Source: Sphagnum compactum
Lineage: Eukaryota
DNA: 64,000 nucleotides
Assembly (NCBI GenBank): GCA_965153455.1
Contig: OZ234493.1
Location: forward strand, 34,834,213 to 34,898,212
Direction of reading: 5' to 3'
The notes beneath the pieces are model-generated. The model was given only the letters and a program-made list of their open reading frames with translations, ran no database searches and was not told the DNA's origin. Made by a program: the position numbers and the translations under genes. Shown here piece by piece: positions 53,373 through 64,000 of this stretch. The first letter of the stretch is position 1. The number at the start of each line of letters is the position of its first letter.

Positions 53373-55536
53373 GAACCAGTATTACATTCTTCCAGAAATC
53401 CTTTATATCCCAAAATCTAGGGGGCCACGCATGAATTGAAACTTTTGTCTTCATTAAGGACGGCCAATCAATATTGAAAGCTTTCATAACCAACCCCAAG
53501 GTCTTGTGGTTGGCAGTGAATACTAGGCTTCGAGGTGGTTAAAAATGAAATCTCCCCTTTGAAGTCTTGGGCGACTCCTATACAAGTCTTCTCCTCTTTC
53601 ACGTGTGTAATGATGGCTAGTAGCCCGACCCCTCCTACTTTTGAAAGTTCCAAGAGAGTCTTCCTCCTAAGCAGCGTGGTTAGGAGAATCCTAGAATTCA
53701 AACAACTCAACATTTACATCTTATTCAAGGTTTTCAATGTTATCTAGAGTTTGCGTGACCGCTGGAGTGCCTAGAACTTGGACATCCTTCTTCTTTTTCT
53801 TCCTCTTATCAATATCCTCCTTATTTCTTTGAGAAGATGCAAGCTTTTCCAAGAATCCCATTTGGATCAAATTTATTTCGCTTTGACCTCTCTAAGTCAA
53901 GAATGCAGTCTGAAGGACAATCAAGGTACTAACCATAATAAGGTAGATGAGAGGAACCCCAATCTTTGACAAGCTCCTTTTGGTACATAGTGTGTCAAAC
54001 TTTGGATCACACCAAATGTCGAAGAGTCTAGGTGTTTCCAGAATGGCATTTGATGGAAACCACACATGGAAAAATAACATGTGAAATCAAATTCATAAAC
54101 AGTCAGGCAAGAATTAGGCACACAATGTTTTTTGTCATCATCCAACAAAAGTAGCATGGGAAATGTTAAATTGGTGCCAATTGAGTTCCAACAAGGATGC
54201 ATTGGATATGTTGAAGGTTCACAAGACCCATGGAGGGCACCAATGGTTCACAGTCGGCACCGACTAAGCCCCCTTTCAAGAGCCTAATTCATCTTAGTCA
54301 ACACCAACTACGTCCTAGTAGAAGTGATTAGGTCCTTTTCGAGACCTTAGTTAGCACTAACTGATTACTAATAAAAGGATAATGTTATCCAGAGCAATAT
54401 AACACTAATATCAGTCAGCATTGATTAAGTCCTGATCAAGTTTTTTTTTAATCAGAAAGGAATTATTTATAGCCATATATGAAGTGGCAGATGTGAAGAA
54501 CGAAGCCCTACAACAAGCCTTAACAATGGAAGGACTCAATGCAAATTAGTGATGAATTCATAGGATTTTTCACCTATAAAGCACACGCTTCAATGCTTCC
54601 TTTGCTCCAATTTGAAGCTCCCACGTTTTTCCTTGTGTGATACCACCCTTCATTTTGAATTCTTGGTAGAACACCAATTCCCATAACTCAAGTCTCCACT
54701 TTTGATTATAGTTTAAGGGAGACGTTACCTTCACTGATTGATCAATGGTGACATTGAAGTCCTTTGTTGTGGAGTCAAACAACTTGATTGCTTCCACCTC
54801 TAACTACAAAATTCCAGGAAGATGTCCATAAAGTTAAAAGTTGAATGGCATTCCAAAAACGATGTCAAGATTTATTCATGGAAAACAAGAATAAGAAGAT
54901 AGTTGAGAATCAAACCTTGTGCCAAAATGTGGCTCTGTGGAGCCATTTATCAAAAAGGTGAAAGCATGGTATTTTATACAAAAAAAGTTGATGAAAACAT
55001 ATCAAATTTAAAATAAGACATTTTTTTGCAAAACCCCAAGAAAATATATTCAATTTTTATTTAAATTTCATTTCGAAACCATGGCGCTTTCCATTGGGTT
55101 TGTATTAAATTGAATACAAAATTTGAGAAACTTTGGGATAATAAAAGTAAGGAAAAAGACAAACAGATCATGGTATTCCTACTTCGTGTTATGTTGGTTA
55201 CTAGTCTACAACACACGGTTTATCAATTGAGTTACATAAGTTTTGGTTTTGTCATGATGACCTTATGCATTGTGTGGAAGGGACAAGCAGGAAATATGCA
55301 CTAAATAAACTAGCCTTGTCTTTTTTATGCATGTGCATGAAAGGACTGATCTCATTCAAATTGAGGTGGTGGCATTGGAAGAGGTTGGTTTCTTGCTCTT
55401 AGAGAAGCCAAGATGTCCCGTCATTAATCCAATTGGGGATGACATATCTACACCTATGAACCAGCCTCCCGGATGTGCCCCTTGAAATCTCTTTGGCGAT
55501 GGTACTTATGGCCCTGTCTATAAGCCATTAGATCAA

Positions 55537-55908
55537 ATGTTTAACCAAATCAAGGAATGGGAAGAAGATTCGTCTCGACACTTTCAAGTTATCCATTCTG
55601 TAAGAAAACAAATGGGAGGTGGACGAACTTTTGAAGCCACACTATTAACTCCTTCAAATATTCCTCCTTCGAGATACGGACGGATTTACCACCTCCTTTC
55701 AGGATCGTTAGAAAATTGTGAGCAATATGAGGTTACAATTAGTGATTACCTAGCTTGTAGTTGCATGGATTTTTTTTCCATGATGGCTTCGTCCTTCAAC
55801 AAGCGGGGGTCGTGGGTGCCATGTAAGCATTTGTATTACATTTTGGGATTAGAGAACCATTCATCCACTATCCATCCTAGAGTTGGAATGAAGTTCATAG
55901 ATTATTAG
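55537..55908 (+). pseudogene. SWIM zinc-finger coding remnant, probably transposon-derived
   Basis: YEVTISDYLACSCMDF...WVPCKHLYYIL fits the SWIM CxC-xn-CxH pattern; flanking frames are broken. Confidence 0.65.
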
Positions 55909-57845
55909 ATCGTGCCAAAGTCCTAGAGGTAAATTAAGTTGTAGTGTCATTAAATAGTTGTTAAATATGATTGTTATAGGTTTTATTATTTTGGAATTTA
56001 TTCTGCTGCAAAAATGAAAATATTCTTCAGCATGATGTGTGTAGTGCACTATTTACTAATTTTTCAAGCATTTTCCATTCCATCATTATGTGTACTTCCT
56101 ACCTTTGGTTTACTATGTGACTTAACTTACACAAGTTACTGTTTCACCCTTTTACATTGTAATGTAGCTTCTTCAAGTTTTGCATTTGACACCTTTTTTT
56201 GTGGATGAAGTTGGACATGAAAATTATGCGAATCCAGTAATTTCCATTTGTCATAATTATTTTGGAATTACTTTCATCCATACATTCAACCAGCTGGAAG
56301 TTTTATTCAAACAATTCGTCTACTTTTAATTATCATCCAAATTTTCATTCATGCTCCATGTCCATCCATGTAGATGTGGTTTTCATCTAGCATAACTATT
56401 TTGCAATCAATTCCATCCATACAATTTTCAACTTGTCAAAATTTTCATCCAAATAATTCGTCAACTTGTAATTATCATCCAAAAAATCCATTGATGTTCA
56501 ACTTTCATCCAAACTTTGCATCCATTTTGTGACTTTCATCCACGTACACGTGGAAAAATATTTTCCACGTCATTCTTACGTTGCATAGGGATTCTAAAAA
56601 TATTTTGTCCCTGTCATCAAAACATTCCAAAAATATCCATTCACAGGCTCACGCTCACGTGCTCGTTTTGTAGTGTCATTGCCAACCTTCCATGAGCACA
56701 AAGCACCCACGCCCATAGACTCATGATGGCACCTCTTAACATTCTCAAACTTACAATTCATGGAAAAGCAACAATCCTCTCACCATTGATTCACAAGCCT
56801 TATTTCTAATCAAAACCTATAGGAAAGTAAACAATTTTTTGTAGGGTTGTATTTGTTTTCTACATCCATCCAGTTTGGTGATGAAGGCCCCAACAATCAC
56901 CATTCAGGCTTTTGTTGTTAGGTTGTACACTTGACAACACATGTTCATAGCAATTTTTCTGATCCAACTGGACTCTTTTTAGAACTTTTGTTGGCCAATC
57001 TCACTCAAACCAACCCTGTTTGGAATGATCCAAAAAGCTCCATGTGCACCAAGAGCTAAGCTACAATTTGTCTTTCGTAGTCCATCTACAATGGATGCAT
57101 GATTAGGAAGTTGTTACACACTGAGTGCTTAAGTGTACCATGATGGGCCTGGTTACCCTACTGTGAACCTAGTTGTATTGCATAGATTCACACTAGCTGG
57201 AGAAGGCTAAAACTGTTGTCTCGGGTTTATTTGAAATCGCAAACAACAATGTTGCCATTTTCATAATCACCAAAACACTCCCTTAAACAGGGTAAGTCTA
57301 AAATATATACCAACTAAGAAGGATATATATACACCACAGTATTAACCTCTGGGTATATGAGGGTAATAGAGTGACCCAACACAGGCATGTACTATGTCCC
57401 ACATTGTGCTCTTGAATATGGTCTGCAACAATTTTTAGATAGGTCTTAAACACTACAAGGCCACATTTGACCTAAATCTTACTGCAAACTTGAACCTTGC
57501 CTACTAGTTATGGCTGCATCTTGCATTGAGGAAGCAAGAGAAATGAGAATAACTGAAGCAAAGTAAATAAAACCTACACCCTACAACACAATTCCATTGC
57601 TATTTCAAACTGTAGATTTTCTTCAAACATATGCACAAGCTGCACTTTTCTGCACAGTCTACAACACCTTAAGCTGATTGCATATACTGACTTCAATCAT
57701 GGATTCTATGAAGTGCAGGTTCACCAGTGTGTTTGTTTCTTATGAGCTATTATTCAACATTTGAAAAAAGTTTTGACCATGATCCAAAGTGGAAGCTTTT
57801 CTTTGCATTACATATCACCTGAGGAGGAATAGAGCACCAAAGAGA

Positions 57846-60800
57846 CTATTTTGCATTGATACCAAGTAATTGCAATGAGTCATCCCTGACAAAGAAGACA
57901 CGCTTGGGTCCCTTCCATCTGAACACCACTACTCCCTTGTATGACGTCCGTGGAATTCCATCCTGAATCCAACAGGAAAGAAGATAAGGATGACATTGTG
58001 GGTCCTACCCTGATTGTAATAACAGTAAGAGGTTAAAATGTTGATACTATGTTTGTTAGACAACAAGCTGGGGATTAAACATACTCTCCTGGTTTGAGGC
58101 ATGCAACGGCCCTAGTAGACACAAATGGATATAGTGTCTTCTTCAAACTAGAGAGTTCACCACACAGGAGAATATTTACCTTCCACTCCTGAAAGACACC
58201 AAACTGATGTGCAAGATCTCTAAAGTCCAAATGGGTGTGGTACTCCATCCGCACATCCTCACTCTCTGTGCTCTTAACTTGTTGTAAAGCCTCCATCGCA
58301 TTTACCGGCTTGGCTTTCGCCACCAGGTCTCCAAACTCCCTGTCAAATTGTTCCTGTAGAACAGGGGAAAATGTCAAATGTATCAGGACATTTTGACCAG
58401 ACAGTTTGATAATCGAGCCTGCATGTATGTATCAATCAAATACTCCACTGATAAAAACGTCACAGGTACATATCTATGAGATTGAAGAGAAATCTGCACA
58501 ACACTTTTGAAGATAACATGACAATGAGTGCAGTCATGACCTTGTGAGAGTCACTCACAAAGTGTCCAACCATCACCTTCATCATGAATAGCAGTGATGA
58601 ACTGCCATAACTACACACTGACTTCATCAGCTCCTTACAGTGGGTGGTGTAGATAAGTATACAGTAATCAGCCCAGATTTTCAAGCAAACAAATATACAA
58701 ATATCTGCAGCCTGAATTTCTGTTGCATTTCTTGAAGCAATGGGAAGCCTCAGTCATGATGTTGGATAGCACTGAGAGACAAATCTAATCAACAAAGTCA
58801 ATAGTATGCTCATTGAAGCTGCAACAAGCTCATTTCACAGCGACAGCCTGGTTAGGGAAAAGTGGCATACTTCTCTTAAAAAACTCAGATCTTTTGACAC
58901 CCAATCAACCTGCAAAAGCAACGAGAATAGACAACATTTCAATTTCTTGTGCTTTGGGTTGACATCTATCAGCTACATGGTGAGAAAGGAGCATTACACA
59001 CACATGTAGAGGTAGGAAGCTTTGTACATCCTCTAGTGCAGAAAGAATTTGCAGATGGTGTCATAAATCAGAAGTTTCTCCAACTTACCAGGATGTCATT
59101 CAGTTTGATTGGCTCCAGATATTGTTTGTAAAACTGCCCCAAGCTTGAACCCTGTAGCATGCCAAGAAATTGAGCATGTCAAATCAACCACCACTATAGC
59201 TCCCTACAGTTTTCTTGCAGCTCCACAGGCAGTAATTTCAGATGATCTCAAAAAAATTTCTGAGAACCAGTCAAATAACCTTCCACAAAACTGATGGTTG
59301 TTTGCCGGTTATTTCATGAAATCCACTGGTTCTTGAGGCTTATTGAAAAAACCAGAACTGGAGGTTCTTTGATCCTGAAATTTTTCAAAAAACCAGAACC
59401 AGAGTTTCTTTGATTCTGGAAAGTTTCCAAAAGATGGAACTGGATGTTCTTCGATTTCCATTTTTTGAACTGGAACTGGAGGTTCTTAAAACAATCAGAT
59501 AGCCACCTCTACACTGGTATAAACCTCTTGAGTTTTGAGTGGTGCCAAATGGAAGAAGTTGCAAGAGAACCCATTAGAAGAATGAAGTGGCAGAGTGATT
59601 TACAGTATATGCCACCCCCAATAACATCATTGTAAAAGTTGCAGAAAGTAGGAGCGATTGGGTATATCAAGAACCAACCAGATATAAAAAAGCATGATAA
59701 AAGTAGCCAACCAAGAAAGAAAAAGGTGCAGAGTTTGCCAGGACATACTTGCTCGCCATAGTTGTACGTACGACAAATTTCAGGTCGAATGAAGTGGCGG
59801 CCTTTCCGAGTGCTATTCAATCTCAGCCAATCATCCCAGTAAGTGTGACACCAGCTAAGGAAGTACAAACAGTGCCAACTATGATCCATCTCCCAGTTTG
59901 TGTGATTCAAACATTAGCACATCCACAAATATGCAACATTTAAAGCTTTTGAATAAACAGTAGGTAAACTATAGTTGAGAAAGGATATGCATTTGGCCAC
60001 TGTGGGGCAAGCTCATCCCAAACAGCTTTGGTAAGCATCCACCCAAGTCCTGGGAAAAAATCTGAGCGATAGAGAACCTCTACAGTATGAACCACAGCAA
60101 GTATAAGCAAACCACCACTTCATATATTATTGGGGGTGCAGTTGGAAAGAAAGGAAATCTGTCCAGATATCAAGAGCAACAGCATAGGTATTCTAAAGAT
60201 CCCAGGCCAGCTGTCCCTACTACATCCAAAGTCAGACTTACCAGAATCATGCACAAATTGTGTTTGCCCATTGTCATTCCACGCAGATACTGCAAGCAAG
60301 GTTCTGACTAGCACCAGAACAACATAAGAAACACATCCAGAAAAGAAATATGAACTACAGCATATCACCAAACTGAAAAACACAAGTCTAAACTAACACA
60401 CACTGTGTGAAAGTACAGATCCCCTGACCAAGGAATCCATCAAAAAAGAAAACTCTTACTTATTTTTCCAGCTTTCTGGACCACTATGCACCTTACTTCC
60501 AGTTCACTGCACCATGGAAGAATAGTAATATATGCATAAGAAAAGACCATATGCAGCACACCTGTCGTTGTCCAGCAAATGAGAAGTTGCTTCAAAATAC
60601 TTGAAGAAGTCAGGAGCTATTTCCATATCATCTGTCATTTCACCGAGTGCAGCAGTCCCACAAGAAAATCCAAATATAAGTTCAGCTAACCCCTCCCACA
60701 AAAAAAGAAGGAACCAATCACCTCAGAAAAATCCAAGCATCAATTTTTGAGATGATGAAAACTACATGAACCCTGAAGAACACACACCCATACCCAAGGA

Positions 60801-63678
60801 GCTTCATCCACCTTCTAAAATGATGACCCTTTCAAATTTGCGCTTATTGAAGAGTTGTGTGAGTGCCCATCTGTAGTGACCTGTTTACCAAATCCCACAA
60901 AGCAGAACAAAACCAAAACAGGACTATTGGTACTGTGAATGCAAGCTTTTGTTTCTGTCTCTAGCATTTTGTGCAAGAAACACTTGTATTATAGGTTACA
61001 AATTAGAGATACCCTCAGATGGATCCTACACAGACAAGCTTGAGTGTCATCCCCAACACATGCTCCCAAGAGCCGAATCATGTTATGAACCTGAAAGGAA
61101 ATACTCAATAAGGTCAGTGCACTCAGGAAGAAGTTGAGGAAATCTCACTAGCGATCTTGTAGTAAGCAATAATCTCGCCGGGTCTTGCTGTTTGTGGTGG
61201 CCCCTCGTCAAAATGCTGACCCAACCCATCCATACAGAAAAAATGAACATTCAGAAGAGAATTGTATGTAGCTGATTTCAACAGTATACTCAGCTCCAGC
61301 CTCTAACAGACAACTTGAACAAGTTACACAGAAATGCAGCACTTGGAGTTCATCCTCTGACTATACAAAACTTTCAGCTTTGAGGAAGTGAACCATCAGG
61401 AAGATTTGAGTCTAGATTCTTACTTGCATATAATTCACTTGAGAAAAGCTACGGGCTTTTGACATCACAGTCCAATCTGCCCCATCCTGTGTGAGTTTAC
61501 ATCAGTGAGAACATGCAGAGCATCAAATCCAAAACCCCCCTGAAACTAAACTTCTGTAAAGATGTCCCATTTGGACCTCACCGAATGGTACAGGGACTTC
61601 AGCAGAGCAGTTGGTATGATCACCTTTCAGCCTGAAAGGAACAACGGCCAAAACACACCAACTATTCCAGAGGCTTAATAGCTATGCTGTCTGGAAGGAC
61701 AAGGGATACTCAATACTCACCTGTGATACAAAAAGTGGGAATCTGTCTGCAACAGCTTTGTGATACCTGCAGGCAAGGGCCAGTTCCAATGAGCTGCAGT
61801 ACTCAACAATGGTACTGCAATTCTTTGATTGCATTAAGATGTTCAACAATGCCAACAAGCAAATGACATACTTTAGAACTGATTTCAAGGCACGGTCCAA
61901 GTAATCAGGGCGGTTGTAAGTCATGATCACCACAGCAGCCACCACATCCTGTACAGATAAAAAAAGTCCAGAGATGTATGATACATAAAAAGCAGTGTTC
62001 AAGTGAATAAACAACAAAACTTATTTTCCACATAAATCCAGACTGCACTCCATGCCTGTTCAATAGATAACATATGTATGCTCTTGACTGCCCAACTAGT
62101 ATGTCCAGGTTCAACTTGCCTCCGGGGGTTTGTCTGACATTCTTGTCATCTGTTCCTTCCCTGTCACCACCCAAGCCCAGTTGAGTAGGTCCATTGTTAG
62201 CAGAGTTTCCAAGCATGTCCAGTCTGCATATGTAATATCAATCATTCTGTGCCTCCTATCATATGTCAGATGATTGTCCCAGGAACATTTGAGAACTCTT
62301 TACAGATTCACCATGATCAAGGATGTACTTTGATATTCCGCAAGGACTAAACCAAGCTCCGATGTCTGACCTTCAAGGCGCTTCTTCTCCTCTGCGAGAT
62401 GAAGAAAAGTCAGTTTAAATTACAATTGGGCAACACCATAAAATTTCCTGCATTTCTTCTCTCATCATGTTTGGAAGAATTGAAGATAAAGACTGCAAGG
62501 TCTGTTGCTTTTCTGAGAAGGAACACAGAAATATTCAAGCATATCTAGTAATTAATTTCGATCCAGCAACACAAAGGGCATTCAAGGTCAGTCGAAGATT
62601 AGCAAACGAACCTTCCAAAGACATTAGGGTTCCTTGTTGGATCATGAGTTTGTCAACAAGGGATCGCATTTTACTTTGACAATCATTCTCACTATCCACC
62701 TGCAATTGAAAGCTTTCAGATTTCTTTCACCAAAAATACAGGGGCTCTGGTTTGGCATCTAGGTTAACATTTTGCCAGCTACAAACAACACAATAAAAAG
62801 TCCATGTGCAGACTCTGGAACTGAATCCCAGTTATTGATGGTAGCCACCACCAGTAGTAATGGATTCTCTGACACAAACATAACATGTACTTACTGCAGC
62901 AGCAGCTCGATTAGCAGAGTCTGATTGCACTGCAAATAATTTCATCTGTCGTCATGAAAAACACAACAACATAATTGCTTCAGTTATAACAATGGAATAT
63001 ATTTCCAATCAAAGCTCGTAGCTTCACTAACATTTGTTCATTTCATGCTTTCTAGAAGTGCAGTACTCGTCATAAAACCCTAATCCTTGGATCCACAAAT
63101 TGTCTTACAAAACCTTGTGCTGCTCTTCTCAGCAGCAAGAGCAAAAATTAGGGTTCCCAGGAAATGAATGATAAGGCACATTCTAAGTAGAGATAAAATT
63201 CATCAAAGCCTGTTGCTGCTCACTTTCATGATTTCATTCCCAAAAAATGACTGCAGTGTTTCATTCAAACTGCATTTGCAAAAACCCTAAAACCAAAGAG
63301 AAATTTCCCCCAAGACATTCATAAGCAGCAACTAGCAAGGCCTGCAATTCTAAAGTGAAAAGAGTTACATGAAACCCAAATGTATGATCAGTACTAGGAA
63401 TCTTTGAAAACAACCCATTTCAGTTCCAGACCAAAAGAATTCAGGGGGGGGGGGAAAAATGACTACAACCTTCGAGAGTTTTTCCATGTCTGCAACAGAG
63501 TTTCAGATCTGGATTTGAGGCTGAAAAAACAATTGAATAATTTGAAAGCAAAGGTAGAAAGAATCAGAGAGACCTGTACGGCGACGAAGACAATGGCAGC
63601 AACCAGAAACAAAATTCGCAATGCCCATGTGCTCCGCTTTGCCATAGCTTTGAGGTCAATTCCTGATCTGATGAACAT
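57846..63678 (-). CDS. GNTI: Alpha-1,3-mannosyl-glycoprotein 2-beta-N-acetylglucosaminyltransferase (GnTI, GT13 family); 18 coding exons
   Basis: Exons: 63678 (or ATG 63645)-63574, 62945-62895, 62699-62612, 62391-62329, 62160-62120, 61948-61872, 61766-61721, 61486-61424, 61215-61149, 60880-60812, 60631-60562, 60303-60242, 60079-59989, 59842-59749, 59151-59089, 58909-58871, 58353-58180, 57962-57846. N-terminal signal anchor plus GnTI motifs AAVVIMTYNRPDYL, FPLFVSQDG, AYYKIASHYRWAL, ILEDDMEIAPDFF, SAWNDNG, RSDFFPGLGWML, YWDDWLR, IRPEICRTYNYG, GSSLGQF, EWKDGIPRTSYKGVV. Boundaries of exons 4-5 are the least certain. Confidence 0.95.
58485..58830. repeat. Intronic dispersed repeat, copy 2 (GnTI intron 16)
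   Basis: Colinear with 9830-10180 and in the same orientation relative to its host gene. Confidence 0.85.
59325..59490. repeat. ~41-bp degenerate tandem repeat in GnTI intron 14
   Basis: AAAACCAGAACTGGAGGTTCTTTGAT..TGAAA.TTTTC units. Confidence 0.7.
59843..59988 (-). other. U12-type (minor spliceosome) AT-AC intron in GnTI
   Basis: Minus-strand donor GC|ATATCCTT, branch-site-like TTCCTTAGC (59862-59854), acceptor ...CACAC|T. Splicing restores WPNA-YWDDWLR in frame. Confidence 0.88.
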
Positions 63679-63884
63679 CCCTTTTTTTCCTTCTTACGGA
63701 CCACAACTGTTCATGATGGTTGAGCTTTCTAGTAGGACTTCTGATGCTTCATCCGAGATAGAATAGAACAGAATCTCTCTACTACCATTACTGCAGACCT
63801 CTCTCTTCTCCCTCAAAAATAAAAACTACATACCACAACCGGAACCCCAGAACCGTCAAAAAGCTAGAAGGGGGAAAAAAACAT

Positions 63885-63915
63885 AAAAACCCTAAAAAAC
63901 ACTAAGAAACCCTAA
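63885..63915. promoter_or_regulatory. Telo-box motifs (AAACCCTA) upstream of GnTI
   Basis: AAACCCTAA at ~63887 and ~63907, with further copies in intron 1 (~63075, ~63282). The motif is common across the window, so a regulatory role is only inferred. Confidence 0.35.
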
Positions 63916-64000
63916 AGATTTAACAAACAACTAAGTCGAGATTCCCAGAGCTACAACAACGCCCAAAAAACAGCAACCCACATCGAGAAAACAAGAGTGG

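Overview
AT-rich, intron-containing land-plant nuclear DNA; gene and repeat style suggest a bryophyte such as Sphagnum (inference only). Two intact minus-strand genes bracket the window. One is an 11-exon cytosolic hybrid histidine kinase of the AHK5/CKI2 type (4966-11352). The other is an 18-exon N-acetylglucosaminyltransferase I (GnTI/CGL1/MGAT1; 57846-63678) with a U12 AT-AC intron and a probable GC-AG intron. The ~46 kb between them is mostly decayed transposon DNA. It holds a 12.1-kb Mutator-like element (35480-47575; 37-bp TIRs, 9-bp TSD) with a broken SWIM-type transposase, a convergent second gene with a C2H2 finger, and many copies of a GGTATTGCA motif. It also holds a decayed Rep-helicase-endonuclease (Helentron-like) ORF, short Helitron-like elements, and a decayed, spliced gene resembling a beta-class N4-cytosine/N6-adenine DNA methyltransferase set back-to-back with a SWIM-finger remnant. 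A ~350-bp element is shared between introns of the two unrelated host genes. Exon boundaries and family assignments were made by eye and from recalled motifs; no database searches were run.
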